Both the position numbers and the translations under genes were made by a program. From the NCBI GenBank assembly GCA_963762055.1, contig CAVXJF010000007.1, positions 71,452 to 135,451 on the forward strand: 64,000 bases of DNA, read 5' to 3'. Shown in pieces: positions 16,792-26,738 of the stretch. Within the stretch, counting starts at the first letter, position 1. Every line of letters begins with the position of its first letter. The notes beneath the pieces were generated by a model. That model was given only the letters and a program-made list of their open reading frames with translations, did no database searches and was not told the origin of the DNA. The DNA is from Vicinamibacterales bacterium (GTDB lineage: Bacteria; Acidobacteriota; Vicinamibacteria; Vicinamibacterales; JAMQPK01).

Positions 16792-16826
16792 ATTGGTAGA
16801 TTGAACGACTGAAGCAATCTGCCAAT
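16792..16826 (+). terminator. hairpin after lepB whose 3' arm (CAATCTGCCAAT) overlaps the next start codon
   Basis: attggtagattg (16792-16803) pairs with caatctgccaat (16815-16826) as 11 Watson-Crick pairs plus 1 G-U. ATG 16825 lies in the stem. Confidence 0.45.
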
Positions 16827-17694
16827 GCGAAGCGAGTCACGGCACGCCGAAGTCCGAAAAGTCCTCATTCGTATTCTGTTTCTCAACCTCGCCGTCGCGC
16901 TGGCCAAGGTCGTGTTCGGGCAGCTCAGCGGATCCATCGGCATCCTGTCAGACGGCTTTCACTCGCTCACCGACGGCGCCTCGAACGTCGTCGCGCTCGT
17001 CGGCCTGCGGCTGGCCTACAAGCCTCCGGACGCGAATCATCCCTACGGCCACCGCAAGTTCGAGACGCTCGCCGCGGGCGGCATCGCGCTCTTTCTTCTG
17101 GTTGTGGTCGTTGAGGTGGCGCAAGCCGCGTTTTTCAGGTTCCGAAGCGGCGGATCCCCGTCCGTGACGGTCGCAAGCTTTGTCATCATGGGCGTAACGC
17201 TGCTGATTAACCTCGCCGTCGTCCGCGCGGAACGGAAGGCGGCCCGCCGCCTGTCGAGCGAGCTGCTGCTCGCCGACGCGAGGCATACACAGAGTGACGT
17301 GCTCACCTCGTTAGCAGTGATCGCGGCGCTGGCCGGATCGGCTCTCGGATTCCCTATCCTCGATCCGCTGGCCGCCCTGGTTGTCATGGGCTTTATCGGC
17401 TACGCCGGCTTCAACATCGCGAAAGATGCCGCGTCGATCCTTTCCGACGCGATCGCGATTTCAGAGGAAGGGGTGCGGAGCGTGGTCGAGAGCGTTCCCG
17501 AAGTACTGGGCTGCCATCAGATACGTTCGCGGGGTTCAGCGGATCATGCCTTTCTCGACCTGCACGTGTGGCTCGACGGCTCAACCCCGCTGATGCAGGC
17601 GCATGCCGTGTCGCACCGGGTGAAGGATCTCCTGATGGAGCGCTATCCGCAGATCGCGGACGCGATCATTCACATAGAGCCACCGCCTAAATAG
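16825..17694 (+). CDS. cation diffusion facilitator family transporter
   Basis: Six hydrophobic segments and the motifs HSLTDGASN and HTQSDVLTS are present, with a C-terminal cytoplasmic domain. Confidence 0.85.
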   Translation: MRSESRHAEVRKVLIRILFLNLAVALAKVVFGQLSGSIGILSDGFHSLTDGASNVVALVGLRLAYKPPDANHPYGHRKFETLAAGGIALFLLVVVVEVAQAAFFRFRSGGSPSVTVASFVIMGVTLLINLAVVRAERKAARRLSSELLLADARHTQSDVLTSLAVIAALAGSALGFPILDPLAALVVMGFIGYAGFNIAKDAASILSDAIAISEEGVRSVVESVPEVLGCHQIRSRGSADHAFLDLHVWLDGSTPLMQAHAVSHRVKDLLMERYPQIADAIIHIEPPPK

Positions 17695-17756
17695 GTGCGT
17701 TGGGTGCGTTGGGTGCGTTGGGTGCGCTAGGTGCGCTGGGTGCGTCGGGTGCGCAC
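17695..17756 (+). repeat. tandem 9-bp repeat GGTGCGTTG x7 directly after a TAG stop
   Basis: Sequence is ggtgcgttg x3, ggtgcgcta, ggtgcgctg, ggtgcgtcg, ggtgcgcac. The same unit occurs in reverse complement at 37674-37750. Confidence 0.9.
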
Positions 17757-18218
17757 ATATTCGCCGGAACGGCCGCCGCGTTTTTCGAGCACGCAAATCT
17801 CGCCGATGACCATCGTCTTGTCGAGCGCCTTCAGCATGTCGTAGATCGTCAGCGCCGCTACCGACACGGCCGTGAGCGCTTCCATTTCCACACCGGTCCG
17901 GCCTGTCGTGCGCACCCGCGACTCGATGGCGTAGCCGTTCTTCTCCCGGGTGATTTCGACATCCACGTGCGACAGCTGCAGCGGATGGCACAGGGGAATG
18001 AGATCCGACGTGCGCTTCGCCGCCAGGATGCCGGCGAGACGGGCGGTCTGGAGCGGGTCGCCTTTCTTGACCTTGCCGGCGCGAATCGCCCGAAGCGCGG
18101 CGGCCCCGACGCTGATCCGCCCGCGCGCGACGGCTTCGCGGGCTGTTTCAGCCTTGTCGCCGACGTCCACCATCCGTACCCGGCCACGCGCATCGACATG
18201 CGACAGTCGGTTTTTCAT
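17727..18218 (-). CDS. moaC: cyclic pyranopterin monophosphate synthase MoaC
   Basis: Begins [18 protein letters not shown], with LIPLCHPL present. The last ~10 codons run into the 9-bp repeat. Confidence 0.9.
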   Translation of the reverse strand: MKNRLSHVDARGRVRMVDVGDKAETAREAVARGRISVGAAALRAIRAGKVKKGDPLQTARLAGILAAKRTSDLIPLCHPLQLSHVDVEITREKNGYAIESRVRTTGRTGVEMEALTAVSVAALTIYDMLKALDKTMVIGEICVLEKRGGRSGEYVRTRRTQRT

Positions 18219-18868
18219 TCCTGCTCCTGCGCAAGATAGAACGACAGGCTCTCCAGTGAGACGGTCAAGTCCACGCTCTTCAGCTTCACGTCTTCCGGAG
18301 CCCAGAGCGTGCCGGGGGAGAAATTCAGAATCGCCTTAATCCCGGCCGCAACCACCTCATCGACGACCTGCTGGGCAGACTCGGCCGGAACAGCGATCAC
18401 CGCAATCGCAATCTTCTCGCGCTCGGCGATTTTCCTCAGCACACCAATGTCGAAGATCGGCACGCCCGCGCGCGATTTCTGTCCGATCTTGCCGGGCAGC
18501 GTATCGAAGAGCGCCGCAATCTGAAACCCTTCCTGCTGGAACCCGGGATAATCGGCCAGCGCGAGACCCAGATTGCCCGCGCCGAAGATCGCCACCCTGA
18601 GCCGGCGATCGAGGCCGAGGATCTGACGGAGGTGCTGCTTCAAATCCTTCACGTAATAGCCGACGCCCCGCACGCCGAACTCGCCGAAATACGCGAGGTC
18701 TTTGCGGATCTGCGCGGCGTTGAGGTGGAACTGATGCGCGAGGGCCTGGGACGACACCGTCTTCACTCCCTCGGCGTCAAGAGTGTTGAGGCATCGAAGG
18801 TAAACCGAGAGCCGGTTGGTCGTGAGCTCGGATACTTGGTCGCTCAGCTGTTTGCGTTTGGTCGCCAA
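18215..18868 (-). CDS. rex: redox-sensing transcriptional repressor Rex
   Basis: A winged-helix N-terminus (RLSVYLRCL) is followed by a Rossmann motif (AIFGAGNLG). It has a TTG start and a 4-nt overlap with moaC. Confidence 0.85.
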   Translation of the reverse strand: MATKRKQLSDQVSELTTNRLSVYLRCLNTLDAEGVKTVSSQALAHQFHLNAAQIRKDLAYFGEFGVRGVGYYVKDLKQHLRQILGLDRRLRVAIFGAGNLGLALADYPGFQQEGFQIAALFDTLPGKIGQKSRAGVPIFDIGVLRKIAEREKIAIAVIAVPAESAQQVVDEVVAAGIKAILNFSPGTLWAPEDVKLKSVDLTVSLESLSFYLAQEQE

Positions 18869-18954
18869 TTACAGGAGGATCTTATAGCGGTTCCTTCCGG
18901 AACAGGTACAATCGAAACAGCTTGCCGCGCGCGAGCACGCCGCGCGGCCCATAT

Positions 18955-20100
18955 ATGCGGCAGTTCCGACTCATCATCACAGCAGCCGCGTTTCTTGCGG
19001 CGGCGAGCGCTCCCGAGGCGCAAATCCCGGTACGCCGCGCCGCGACGCTGGCGGGGCTGCTCACCTATCCAGGCTTCTATCAGGGTCAGGCTGTCGTTCT
19101 GCGCGGGAATCTAGTGACGCGCGATCAACCGGTGTTGTTGTCGCCGAGCATCGATCGCGCCGTGCCGCTGATTTTCAGAGGTCCCTCACCGGTTGACGGT
19201 CCTGTCGAACTGCGCGCAACTTTCTGGGACGTCGGCCGCATGCAGCGTGAAGACCCGCGCATCATGACCGCGGGTCTCGACCGCCTCCTTCGCAATGGCA
19301 TGGAGGGCGACTGGCCGCGACCGGGCGAAGTTATCGCGCTCGTCGTCACCGATGCCATGACCGCCAAGCCCGCGGAGGAAAATCCGACGCTGAGACAAAT
19401 CGCGCTGGACCCATCGCCCTATGTCGGTAAGCGGGTGACGCTCAAGGGACAGTTCCGCGGACGCAATCTGTATGGGGACGCCCCTCAGGGACCCGGCCTC
19501 AGTCAGTGGGATTTCGTCCTGCGTGCGGCCGATGCATCTGTCTGGATTACGGGACTGCGGCCTCGCGGACGCGGCTTCAGCCTCGATACCGGGGCGCGTG
19601 TAGACACCGGCACATGGCTCGAGCTCTCCGGGATCGTGCGCGAAGGCAAAGGCCTGGTGTGGATCGAAGGACAGCAGGTGGCGCGCACGACACCCGATCT
19701 GGAAACGCGGAATGCCGAGACGGCGCCGATTCCGCAAATGGGTCCGCCGCCCGAAGTGATCTTCTCCGACCCCGTGGAGGGCGAATCGGAAGTGGCTCTG
19801 AAAGCGCCGATACGCCTTCAGTTCTCGCGCGACATGAACCCCGATACCTTCAAGGGGCTCGTGCGGTGGAGCTTCACGGCCGCCGACGCGGTCAACGTAG
19901 GCGGCAGCACCCCGCGCGAACCGGGGCGTGAGCCGGCTTTCAAATACGATCGCGCGAAGCGGTCCCTTGAAATCAGTCTGGCTCTGAATGACGGCGCATC
20001 GTTCCGGAACGTCGTCATCGAGCTGCTGGATGGGATCGCCGCCACCGATGGCGCCAGGCTGAAGCCCTGGCAACTGACCTTCTCCTACGGCGCGAAATAG
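18955..20100 (+). CDS. secreted protein of unknown function with C-terminal Ig-like (SbsA_Ig-type) segment
   Basis: The signal peptide is MRQFRLIITAAAFLAAASAPEAQ. Two similar ~110-aa modules are present (YxGQxVxLRG / YVGKRVTLKG), followed by SDPVEGESEV...IRLQFSRDM. Confidence 0.5.
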   Translation: MRQFRLIITAAAFLAAASAPEAQIPVRRAATLAGLLTYPGFYQGQAVVLRGNLVTRDQPVLLSPSIDRAVPLIFRGPSPVDGPVELRATFWDVGRMQREDPRIMTAGLDRLLRNGMEGDWPRPGEVIALVVTDAMTAKPAEENPTLRQIALDPSPYVGKRVTLKGQFRGRNLYGDAPQGPGLSQWDFVLRAADASVWITGLRPRGRGFSLDTGARVDTGTWLELSGIVREGKGLVWIEGQQVARTTPDLETRNAETAPIPQMGPPPEVIFSDPVEGESEVALKAPIRLQFSRDMNPDTFKGLVRWSFTAADAVNVGGSTPREPGREPAFKYDRAKRSLEISLALNDGASFRNVVIELLDGIAATDGARLKPWQLTFSYGAK

Positions 20101-20102
20101 GT

Positions 20103-20831
20103 CTAGACAGGCCCCTGCTCGAGCAGGCGTTCCACGCGGGCGCGGACCTCGTCTGCGAGCGCTTCGCGATCGGCAACGTCCATCCCCCGCGTCTCGACCG
20201 GCTCGCCGATGCGCACGCTCACGTTGGTGGGGCGGACGATCGGACTTCCCTTCCGCATGGACGCTGTCGCGCCGGTAATCGCAACCGGTACGACCGGGAC
20301 TTGCGCCTTCAGCGCCATCAAGAACGGTCCGCGCTTGAATGGCAGCAGCTCTCCCGTGCGGCTGCGCGTGCCTTCGGGAAACGTGAGAAACGAGTTGCCG
20401 CTCCGGAGGGACTCGGCCGCCTGATCGATCGCCGCCATCGATTGTTCACGGCTGTGCCGATCGATCGGCACGAAGCCGCCGATCTGAAAGGCGCGTCCGA
20501 GCAGCGGCAGTTTGGTGAGCTCGCGTTTGAACAGGATGTGCAGGCGCGGATGCAGGGTCTGGAAGAGGATCGGAGGATCGATGTTGCTCTGATGGTTGCA
20601 GCAGAACACCACCGCGCGCGAAGGATCTATGTGCTCACGGCCGGCGACGCGCGTGCGGATGCCGGCCAGCGCGGTGCCGATGCCCACTCCCCAGTGGCCG
20701 AGCACATACAGCAGGCTCTTCCACCGGAATGCCAGCGCCAGCGCCATGCCGATTGGCGCCGCGACGGCGACGTAAAGAGACACGGCGATATAAGCGGCCA
20801 GCGACCGTACTGCGGCGATGAATGTGGCCAT
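20103..20831 (-). CDS. plsC: 1-acyl-sn-glycerol-3-phosphate acyltransferase
   Basis: Motifs NHQSNIDPP and FPEGTRS are present, with a start at ATG 20831. Confidence 0.85.
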   Translation of the reverse strand: MATFIAAVRSLAAYIAVSLYVAVAAPIGMALALAFRWKSLLYVLGHWGVGIGTALAGIRTRVAGREHIDPSRAVVFCCNHQSNIDPPILFQTLHPRLHILFKRELTKLPLLGRAFQIGGFVPIDRHSREQSMAAIDQAAESLRSGNSFLTFPEGTRSRTGELLPFKRGPFLMALKAQVPVVPVAITGATASMRKGSPIVRPTNVSVRIGEPVETRGMDVADREALADEVRARVERLLEQGPV

Positions 20832-20913
20832 TCGAGGGGTCAGACAGCGTACAACAAAAAGGCGGGCCTTGTAGGGCCCGCCTTCCAGACGACAAGCGAT
20901 GGACGATCGACGA

Positions 20914-21498
20914 TTACGACGCTCTTGCGGCGCGGCGAGCCGCAACAGGTCGCGGCGCCACGGGCGCGGCCTTCGCCGCCTTCGCCCGCGCGATTGCGCG
21001 CGTGCGCGTGGCGAAGCTGCGTTCGAGCGCTTTCTCGACGCGGCCTTCGATCGATTCCGACGTTTCGCGCATGACCTCGGAGATTTCGGACACGATCAGG
21101 AACTTCGCCCGATCGAGCATCCGCTTTTCGCGGAACGACAGACTTTTGGATCGGCTCAGCAACGTCAGACTTTTCAGGACGTCTGCAACGTCGTAAATCG
21201 AGCCGGTCCGCATCTTGTCCGAATTGTCCTTGAATCGACCCTTCCAGTTCTGGTGGTTGTCGATCTTTCCGTTGCCGAGCGCGTTAAAGAGGCGTTCGAC
21301 CTCTTCGTCGCCGATGGCGCGGCGCAGGCCGACACCGTCGACGTTGTCGAGCGGCACGAGCACGGTCGTTTCGTTGGCAACAATGCGAAGATGATAGAAG
21401 CCGCAGGTCGTACCGAGAATAGTCTTCTCTTCGATACGCGTGACGACGCCGAGCCCCTGGTTGGGGTAAATGACCTTGTCTCCGACCTCGAATGTCAC
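20914..21498 (-). CDS. carD: CarD family transcriptional regulator
   Basis: From GTG 21498 the protein reads VTFEVGDKVIYPNQGLGVV, with an Ala/Arg-rich C-terminal tail. Confidence 0.8.
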   Translation of the reverse strand: MTFEVGDKVIYPNQGLGVVTRIEEKTILGTTCGFYHLRIVANETTVLVPLDNVDGVGLRRAIGDEEVERLFNALGNGKIDNHQNWKGRFKDNSDKMRTGSIYDVADVLKSLTLLSRSKSLSFREKRMLDRAKFLIVSEISEVMRETSESIEGRVEKALERSFATRTRAIARAKAAKAAPVAPRPVAARRAARAS

Positions 21499-21558
21499 AG
21501 TGATTCCCCCGTCATGCGGTGCGTGATGAAGGCGTGAAATGGCTAAGAACGTCCAACC

Positions 21559-21588
21559 AGTATACTGCGGAAAACGCCCAATGAACAA
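21559..21588 (-). promoter_or_regulatory. candidate sigma-70 promoter for carD
   Basis: The minus strand reads TTGTTC-N18-TATACT about 60 nt upstream of the GTG. Confidence 0.3.
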
Positions 21589-21915
21589 CGGATTGCGGCA
21601 AAAAAACGCGCACTTTCGCCAGTTATTCGCCTGATCGGTGAACGCGCCAGCAAGCGCAATTTCGGCTGTAACGCTTTGATTTACAAGCAAGTAGCCTGTT
21701 TTTCCTGGCGGCGCTTCTGGCTGGATCTCCGGCGTTTGCCCAAGTCACCTTCCCGCCCGGATGACGGCGATCGCCACGCAAATGGCGCGCTCACAGGTGC
21801 TGCATGCACCGCTCGGCCATAAATTCGTCGGATTGGATCCGCTGACCGACGAAGAAATTCAAGTCTTTGAAAAATGGGTGTCCGGCGGCGCCCTTTACCC
21901 TACTGAAATCTCGAA

Positions 21916-22004
21916 TGGTGCCGGAGGACGGAATCGAACCGTCACGGGGTGTAAGCCCCACGGGATTTTGAGTCCCGCGCGTCTGCCAGTTTCACCACTC
22001 CGGC
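21916..22004 (-). tRNA. tRNA-Leu (anticodon CAA), CCA encoded
   Basis: The acceptor is GCCGGAG/CTCCGGC, the anticodon loop is CUCAAAA, there is a long variable arm, the T-loop is GGTTCGATTCC, and the 3' end is ACCA. Confidence 0.9.
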
Positions 22005-22037
22005 TGAAGGTGTGAACAGGAGCAGATAATTATACCC

Positions 22038-23039
22038 GTGGGGTCGCTCCTTTTTCCTCTTTCATTGCTGCTGCTGTTCTCCGTCTCCTGCGTGAGATGG
22101 TCGCCACCGAGCGTTGGTCCTTCGCCGGCGGGCTCGTGCAGATCCGCAGTCGTCACCTGGCTGGCACCCGAAGACGTGAAAGAGCGTGCGCGCCTCGACT
22201 CGTGGTGCGCAGGGGTGGGCGAGGCCGCGCTGCACAACGTGCCCGCCGACGTCCCGCCGCGCGCCACGAACATCGACGAGGTGACGTTCGTGAGCTGGAA
22301 CGTGCACGTGGGAAATGGTGACGTGCGCGCGTTCGTTCGCGATCTGACCCAGGGAACGTTGACCGGCGGACGCCGCGTCTCGCATTACGTTCTTCTTCTT
22401 CAAGAGGTAGTGCGTACCGATGGCGTGCCGCCGTTCGCCAACGGCGCAGTTGGCGCAACCCGTATCGAAGCGCACGATCCCGCGAGCGATATCGTGCGGA
22501 CGAGCCGCGAGTTGGGCCTGTCGCTCGTCTACATCCCATCGATGCGCAACGGCAAATCGCCGCGCGACCCGGCGGAAGATCGCGGGAACGCCATCCTTTC
22601 CACGCTGCCCGTTACCGAGCCTGTTGCCGTCGAGCTTCCCGGCGAGCGCCAGCGGAGAGTGGTCGTTTACGCCAAGATCGGATCGTTCGCCGCCGGAGTC
22701 ATCCACCTCGATGCGCTCGGAAGCGCACGGCGCCTGCGCGTGTTCTGGACGCCATGGTTGCGGGATGTTCAGGTGCGATCGCTGAACGGGCACTTCCCAG
22801 AAGGGCCGCTGGTCATCGGTGCGGATCTGAATACCTGGCACGGCCGCGACGAACTCGCCGCTCGGTTCATGGGCGATGAATTCGGTGCAACGCCTCTGTC
22901 GGTAGACCGCCCCGGGCTCGGTCTGCGCGTCCTCGACTACATGTTCTTCCGCAGCGCAAACGGCCGCAGCGCTAGATACCGCCAGATCGCCAACAAGTAC
23001 GGTTCCGATCATCGGCCGCTAATTGGATGGATTGAGTAG
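22038..23039 (+). CDS. endonuclease/exonuclease/phosphatase (EEP) family protein, secreted
   Basis: A hydrophobic N-terminus is present, with FVSWNVHVGNGD and the C-terminal GSDHRPLIGW. Confidence 0.75.
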   Translation: MGSLLFPLSLLLLFSVSCVRWSPPSVGPSPAGSCRSAVVTWLAPEDVKERARLDSWCAGVGEAALHNVPADVPPRATNIDEVTFVSWNVHVGNGDVRAFVRDLTQGTLTGGRRVSHYVLLLQEVVRTDGVPPFANGAVGATRIEAHDPASDIVRTSRELGLSLVYIPSMRNGKSPRDPAEDRGNAILSTLPVTEPVAVELPGERQRRVVVYAKIGSFAAGVIHLDALGSARRLRVFWTPWLRDVQVRSLNGHFPEGPLVIGADLNTWHGRDELAARFMGDEFGATPLSVDRPGLGLRVLDYMFFRSANGRSARYRQIANKYGSDHRPLIGWIE

Positions 23040-23128
23040 GTTCGTGAGTTCGTAGGTTCGTCGACTCTCAGTGACTCGTCGACCTCGACTTTCGACTTAC
23101 TGGACTCTTTCAGGACTACCAGGACTGG
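23040..23128 (+). repeat. GTTCGT / GACTC / GGACT word spacer after a TAG stop
   Basis: Sequence is gttcgtgagttcgtaggttcgtcgactctcagtgactcgtcgacctcgactttcgacttactggactctttcaggactaccaggactgg. It shares CAGGACTACC with 28387 and CTGGACTCTT with about 32585. Confidence 0.8.
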
Positions 23129-23138
23129 CTTCTGCTAG

Positions 23139-23675
23139 TTAAATGTGTTCGTCCAACAGTTGCCGGTTACTCCGCAACCATTGGCGGGCGCCCTGATAGT
23201 CTGGGCAGGCATGGGCGACCAGGCGCCAGAAGTGGCGCGAATGATCGAGACGTCGAAGGTGCATCAGCTCGTGGATGAGCACGTAGTCGCGCACGGCTTC
23301 CGGCATCAACACGAGGCGCCAGTTCAGGCAGATGTGCCCCGACGGCGAACATGAGCCCCACCGCGACCGCTGATTCCGGATCGAGACCCGCGAGACGACG
23401 AGACCGTGCTGCTCGGCGAGATGATGCAGACGCGGGGGGAGCTCACGCGACGCCTGCTGACGCAATTCCTTGAGCGCCTCCGGGGTGAAGACGAGCCGAG
23501 GATGTGGACTGGGCCGCAACAACGCGCGCTGACGGTCGATCCAGTGGCGCTGCTGCTCGGCAAACAACTCGGCGTGGAGGCGGGAACCCCATCGGGGCAG
23601 GGTGACCCGCACCGTGCCGTCGGGCCTCACGCGAAGTACGTAACGTCTTGCCCTGGGATGCCGGACGAATTCCAT
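23139..23675 (-). CDS. YgjP/DUF45-type metallopeptidase-like protein
   Basis: Contains HELMHLRRLDHSRHFW, with a start at ATG 23675. Confidence 0.7.
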   Translation of the reverse strand: MEFVRHPRARRYVLRVRPDGTVRVTLPRWGSRLHAELFAEQQRHWIDRQRALLRPSPHPRLVFTPEALKELRQQASRELPPRLHHLAEQHGLVVSRVSIRNQRSRWGSCSPSGHICLNWRLVLMPEAVRDYVLIHELMHLRRLDHSRHFWRLVAHACPDYQGARQWLRSNRQLLDEHI

Positions 23676-23697
23676 GAAACAATCCCTATAGTAGCTG

Positions 23698-24519
23698 ATG
23701 CGCACCCCCGCGCTTCTTCTCGCCGCTCTGCTGATTGCGGGCACGGCGGCCGCGCAGTTCGGACTGCCGCGGCAGATGTCCCGGCGGGCGCCGCACGCCT
23801 CGGATCCTTCCGGCGCTCTGCCCGATTATGACGGCGGGTTCCGCTTCTGCCGCATCTGGTTCCGCAACGGGTTGGCAGGGGACGGAGACGGCTGGTATGT
23901 CGACTATCCCCGCGCCGATGAAAATTTATCGATCCGCCTGATGGAAGTCACGAGGTCGCCCGTGACGCAGGACGGCGAAGGCAATCCGTATCCCGTCATC
24001 GTGCGCCTGACCGATCCGTCGCTCTTCCGCTGCCCCTTCGTCATGATGAGCGAGCCGGGCGGTGCGTTCTTCAACACCGTGGAAGCCGCAAACCTGCGCG
24101 CGTACCTGCTGAAAGGCGGATTCCTCTGGGTGGACGACTTCTGGGGCAGCCGCGCGTGGACGAACTGGGAGAATCAGATCGGCAAGGCGCTCTCCCCTGC
24201 CGAATATCCGATCGTCGATCTGCCGGTGAATCACACGATGTTCCGCATGTTGTTTCCGGTGCAGACGCTACCGCAGATTCCCAACGTCGGGTTGTGGAGG
24301 AACGAGCGCCGGACGTCGGAGCGCGGCGCGGACAGCGCTGAGCTCCACGTGCGCGGGATCTACGATCGGTACGGCCGGGTCATGGTGCTGATGACGCACA
24401 ACACTGATTTCGGCGATGCCTACGAGCGCGAATCGGACGATCCGAGCTACTTCCAGACGTTTTCGATCAACGGCTACGCGATCGGCATCGACGTGTTGCT
24501 GTATGCGATGACGCACTGA
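23698..24519 (+). CDS. DUF4159-like secreted protein
   Basis: A signal peptide is present, with YPRADENLSIRL and LRAYLLKGGFLWVDDFWG. The family name is from memory. Confidence 0.5.
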   Translation: MRTPALLLAALLIAGTAAAQFGLPRQMSRRAPHASDPSGALPDYDGGFRFCRIWFRNGLAGDGDGWYVDYPRADENLSIRLMEVTRSPVTQDGEGNPYPVIVRLTDPSLFRCPFVMMSEPGGAFFNTVEAANLRAYLLKGGFLWVDDFWGSRAWTNWENQIGKALSPAEYPIVDLPVNHTMFRMLFPVQTLPQIPNVGLWRNERRTSERGADSAELHVRGIYDRYGRVMVLMTHNTDFGDAYERESDDPSYFQTFSINGYAIGIDVLLYAMTH

Positions 24520-24520
24520 T

Positions 24521-24581
24521 GCTAGCCATAGCCAGTAGCTGGTAGCTGGTCGCCGTACGTAGTGTCCGGCTTTAGCCGGAC
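24521..24581 (+). repeat. TAGCC-word tract plus 28-bp hairpin element
   Basis: gctagccatagccagtagctggtagctgg is followed by cgtacgtagtgtccggctttagccggac (24554-24581). That 28-mer is the exact reverse complement of 37351-37378. Confidence 0.9.
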
Positions 24582-26700
24582 CCTGCCCGTATCCGATCTC
24601 CATAGTCCAAGAGTCCGCCGGCTGTTAGAATCGCGGCGTTCGGGAGTCCATCGCGCCGTGCCCATTTCGAAATCAACACGTCGGCCAGTTTCGCCGCACA
24701 GCGCGAAGCGAGAAACCCAGAACCGGGAACGCGGAACCACGAACCCGGAACCTGGAACCAGGAACCCGGAACCGCGGAAGCTGCTGCTGGTGTGTCCAGC
24801 GGTCATCATCGCCGCCATCGTGTTGGTCTATGCCAACAGTTTGTCGGCGCCGTTTATTTTCGATGACGACGTTTCGATCGTTTCGAATTCGGCCATACGC
24901 TCGCTGGCTACGGCAGCATCCCAGCCACCGAACACGCCGCTTGCTGGGCGGCCGGTCGCGGGGCTCACCTTTGCGCTGAACTTCGCACTGAGCGACCTCG
25001 ACCCGTCCGCCTATCGCCTCACGAACATCGCCGTTCACATCGTCGCTGCGCTGCTGCTATTTGGCCTCGTGCGGCGCACGCTCGCTCTTCCCGTGCTTCA
25101 ACCGCGATTTGGCTCGTCGGCAAACGACCTCGCGCTGGCCGTCGCGTTGCTGTGGGCCGTTCATCCCTTGACGACCGATGCGGTGACCTACATCACACAG
25201 CGCACGGAATCGCTGATGGCGCTTCTTTATCTCGCCACGCTGTACGCGAGCCTGCGGGCGTTTTCGTCACAACGCCCTGGCTTGTGGCATGCCGTTGCGG
25301 TCGTCTCCTGTGTGTTGGGCATGGGCACCAAAGAATCGATGGTGACCGCGCCAGTCGTTGTCGTGCTGTTCGATCGCGTGTTCCTCTACCGTTCTTTCCG
25401 CGAGGCGTTTGCCGCGCGCTGGCGGCTTTACGCGGGCCTCGCGCTGACGTGGCTGTTCCTTGCGCAGCAGGTGATCACGACTCCGCGGTCAGGCTCCGCA
25501 GGCTTCGGCACCGAGGTAAGCGTGTGGACATACCTTCTCAATCAGACCGTCGTGATCACACGGTATCTGCGACTGGTGGTATGGCCGGCTGACCTGGTGA
25601 TCAACTACGGTCCGCCGGTCGCTTATCAGCTGAGCGATGTGCTTCCGCACCTGATGTTCATCTCGGCCCTTTTGCTACTGACGCTCGCGGCATTCCGCTG
25701 GAGCCCCAAGGTTGCGTTTCTTGGCGCGGTCTTCTTCATTACTCTGGCGCCATCTTCCAGCTTCGTGCCCATTGCAACGGAGGTCGCCGCGGAACGGCGC
25801 ATGTATCTGCCCCTGATGGCCATCGCTGCCGGGCTTGTCGCAGGACTCTTCATCTGGACGCGACAGCACATCACCCGCACGTGGGCGGCGGCGCTGGTTG
25901 CAGTCGCCGTGGCTGCGCTCGGCGCCGGCACCATCCACCGGAACTCAGAACATCAATCGTGGCTCGTGCTTTCCGAAACGACGCTCGAACGCTGGCCCTC
26001 CGACGTCGCGCATGCCGCTGTCGGTGGAGAGCTGACACGGCTTGGCCGCGACGAGGAGGCGTTACCGTTCCTGCGCACGGGCGCCCGCTCCGACGCGCGA
26101 GCCCGTTACAACCTCGGGGTCGCGTTGTACAACCTGAAAAGATATGACGAGGCGATTCGAGAACTGGAAGTACTGGTCGCCACGTATCCGATGCGAGAAG
26201 AGGTTCCCTGGTCCAGGCGCCTCATGGGGCATGCCTACGCGCGCTTGTCACGCTGGCCCGACGCCATCGCACAGCTGCGCATGACCCTTGCGATGACGCC
26301 GGCAGACGCTGAGGCGCGACGAATTCTTGTGGATAGCTACAACAGCTACGGCATAGACCTCGCCGAGAGCCAGAACTTCCCGGCGGCTATCACCGCGTTC
26401 CGCGACGCCCTTGGTCTCGACGACCGAAACGCGACCGCGCGTTACAACCTGGCCACTGCCCTCTTCGACGCGGGACAGATGCAGGAGTCGCTCACTCACG
26501 CGCAACTCGCGCTGGCTCAGAATCCAGACAACGCCGATGCATACCATCTCGTAGGAAAGCTGATGGCGTTGAGCGGGCGCACGGATGAGGCGCTGGCAAA
26601 CCTCGAAACCGCCGCAAGACTTCACCCGTCCGACGAACTCATTCGCGAGGACCTCGCCCGCCTTCGCTCGCTTCGCGAGCTACGGCGCGGCAGGCCCTGA
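24562..26700 (+). CDS. multi-pass membrane protein (TMTC/PMT_2-like) with C-terminal TPR repeats
   Basis: Contains YANSLSAPFIFDDD, many hydrophobic helices and then TPR units. The first ~75 ORF codons are spacer repeats, so the real start is probably near GTG 24790. Confidence 0.65.
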   Translation: MSGFSRTLPVSDLHSPRVRRLLESRRSGVHRAVPISKSTRRPVSPHSAKRETQNRERGTTNPEPGTRNPEPRKLLLVCPAVIIAAIVLVYANSLSAPFIFDDDVSIVSNSAIRSLATAASQPPNTPLAGRPVAGLTFALNFALSDLDPSAYRLTNIAVHIVAALLLFGLVRRTLALPVLQPRFGSSANDLALAVALLWAVHPLTTDAVTYITQRTESLMALLYLATLYASLRAFSSQRPGLWHAVAVVSCVLGMGTKESMVTAPVVVVLFDRVFLYRSFREAFAARWRLYAGLALTWLFLAQQVITTPRSGSAGFGTEVSVWTYLLNQTVVITRYLRLVVWPADLVINYGPPVAYQLSDVLPHLMFISALLLLTLAAFRWSPKVAFLGAVFFITLAPSSSFVPIATEVAAERRMYLPLMAIAAGLVAGLFIWTRQHITRTWAAALVAVAVAALGAGTIHRNSEHQSWLVLSETTLERWPSDVAHAAVGGELTRLGRDEEALPFLRTGARSDARARYNLGVALYNLKRYDEAIRELEVLVATYPMREEVPWSRRLMGHAYARLSRWPDAIAQLRMTLAMTPADAEARRILVDSYNSYGIDLAESQNFPAAITAFRDALGLDDRNATARYNLATALFDAGQMQESLTHAQLALAQNPDNADAYHLVGKLMALSGRTDEALANLETAARLHPSDELIREDLARLRSLRELRRGRP
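24713..24775 (+). repeat. GGAACC-word tract (reverse-complement family of 4325-4392)
   Basis: Sequence is cccagaaccgggaacgcggaaccacgaacccggaacctggaaccaggaacccggaacc. Confidence 0.9.
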
Positions 26701-26738
26701 CGGCTTGGCGGGCTACAGCGAGGCAGGCCCTGAACGTT

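Noticed and set aside
18869-18954. A Rex operator (TTGTGAA-N6-TTCACAA type) in the rex divergent promoter region.
   Set aside because: Only a short GTTCC-N4-GGAAC palindrome is present, and nothing resembles the Rex box.
21916-22004. The tRNA-Leu genes (here and at 62258-62341) as integration sites of a genomic island or prophage.
   Set aside because: There is no integrase, no direct repeat of a tRNA 3' end, and no shift to accessory gene content on either side. The flanks are carD, plsC, an EEP-family gene, thrB and tig.
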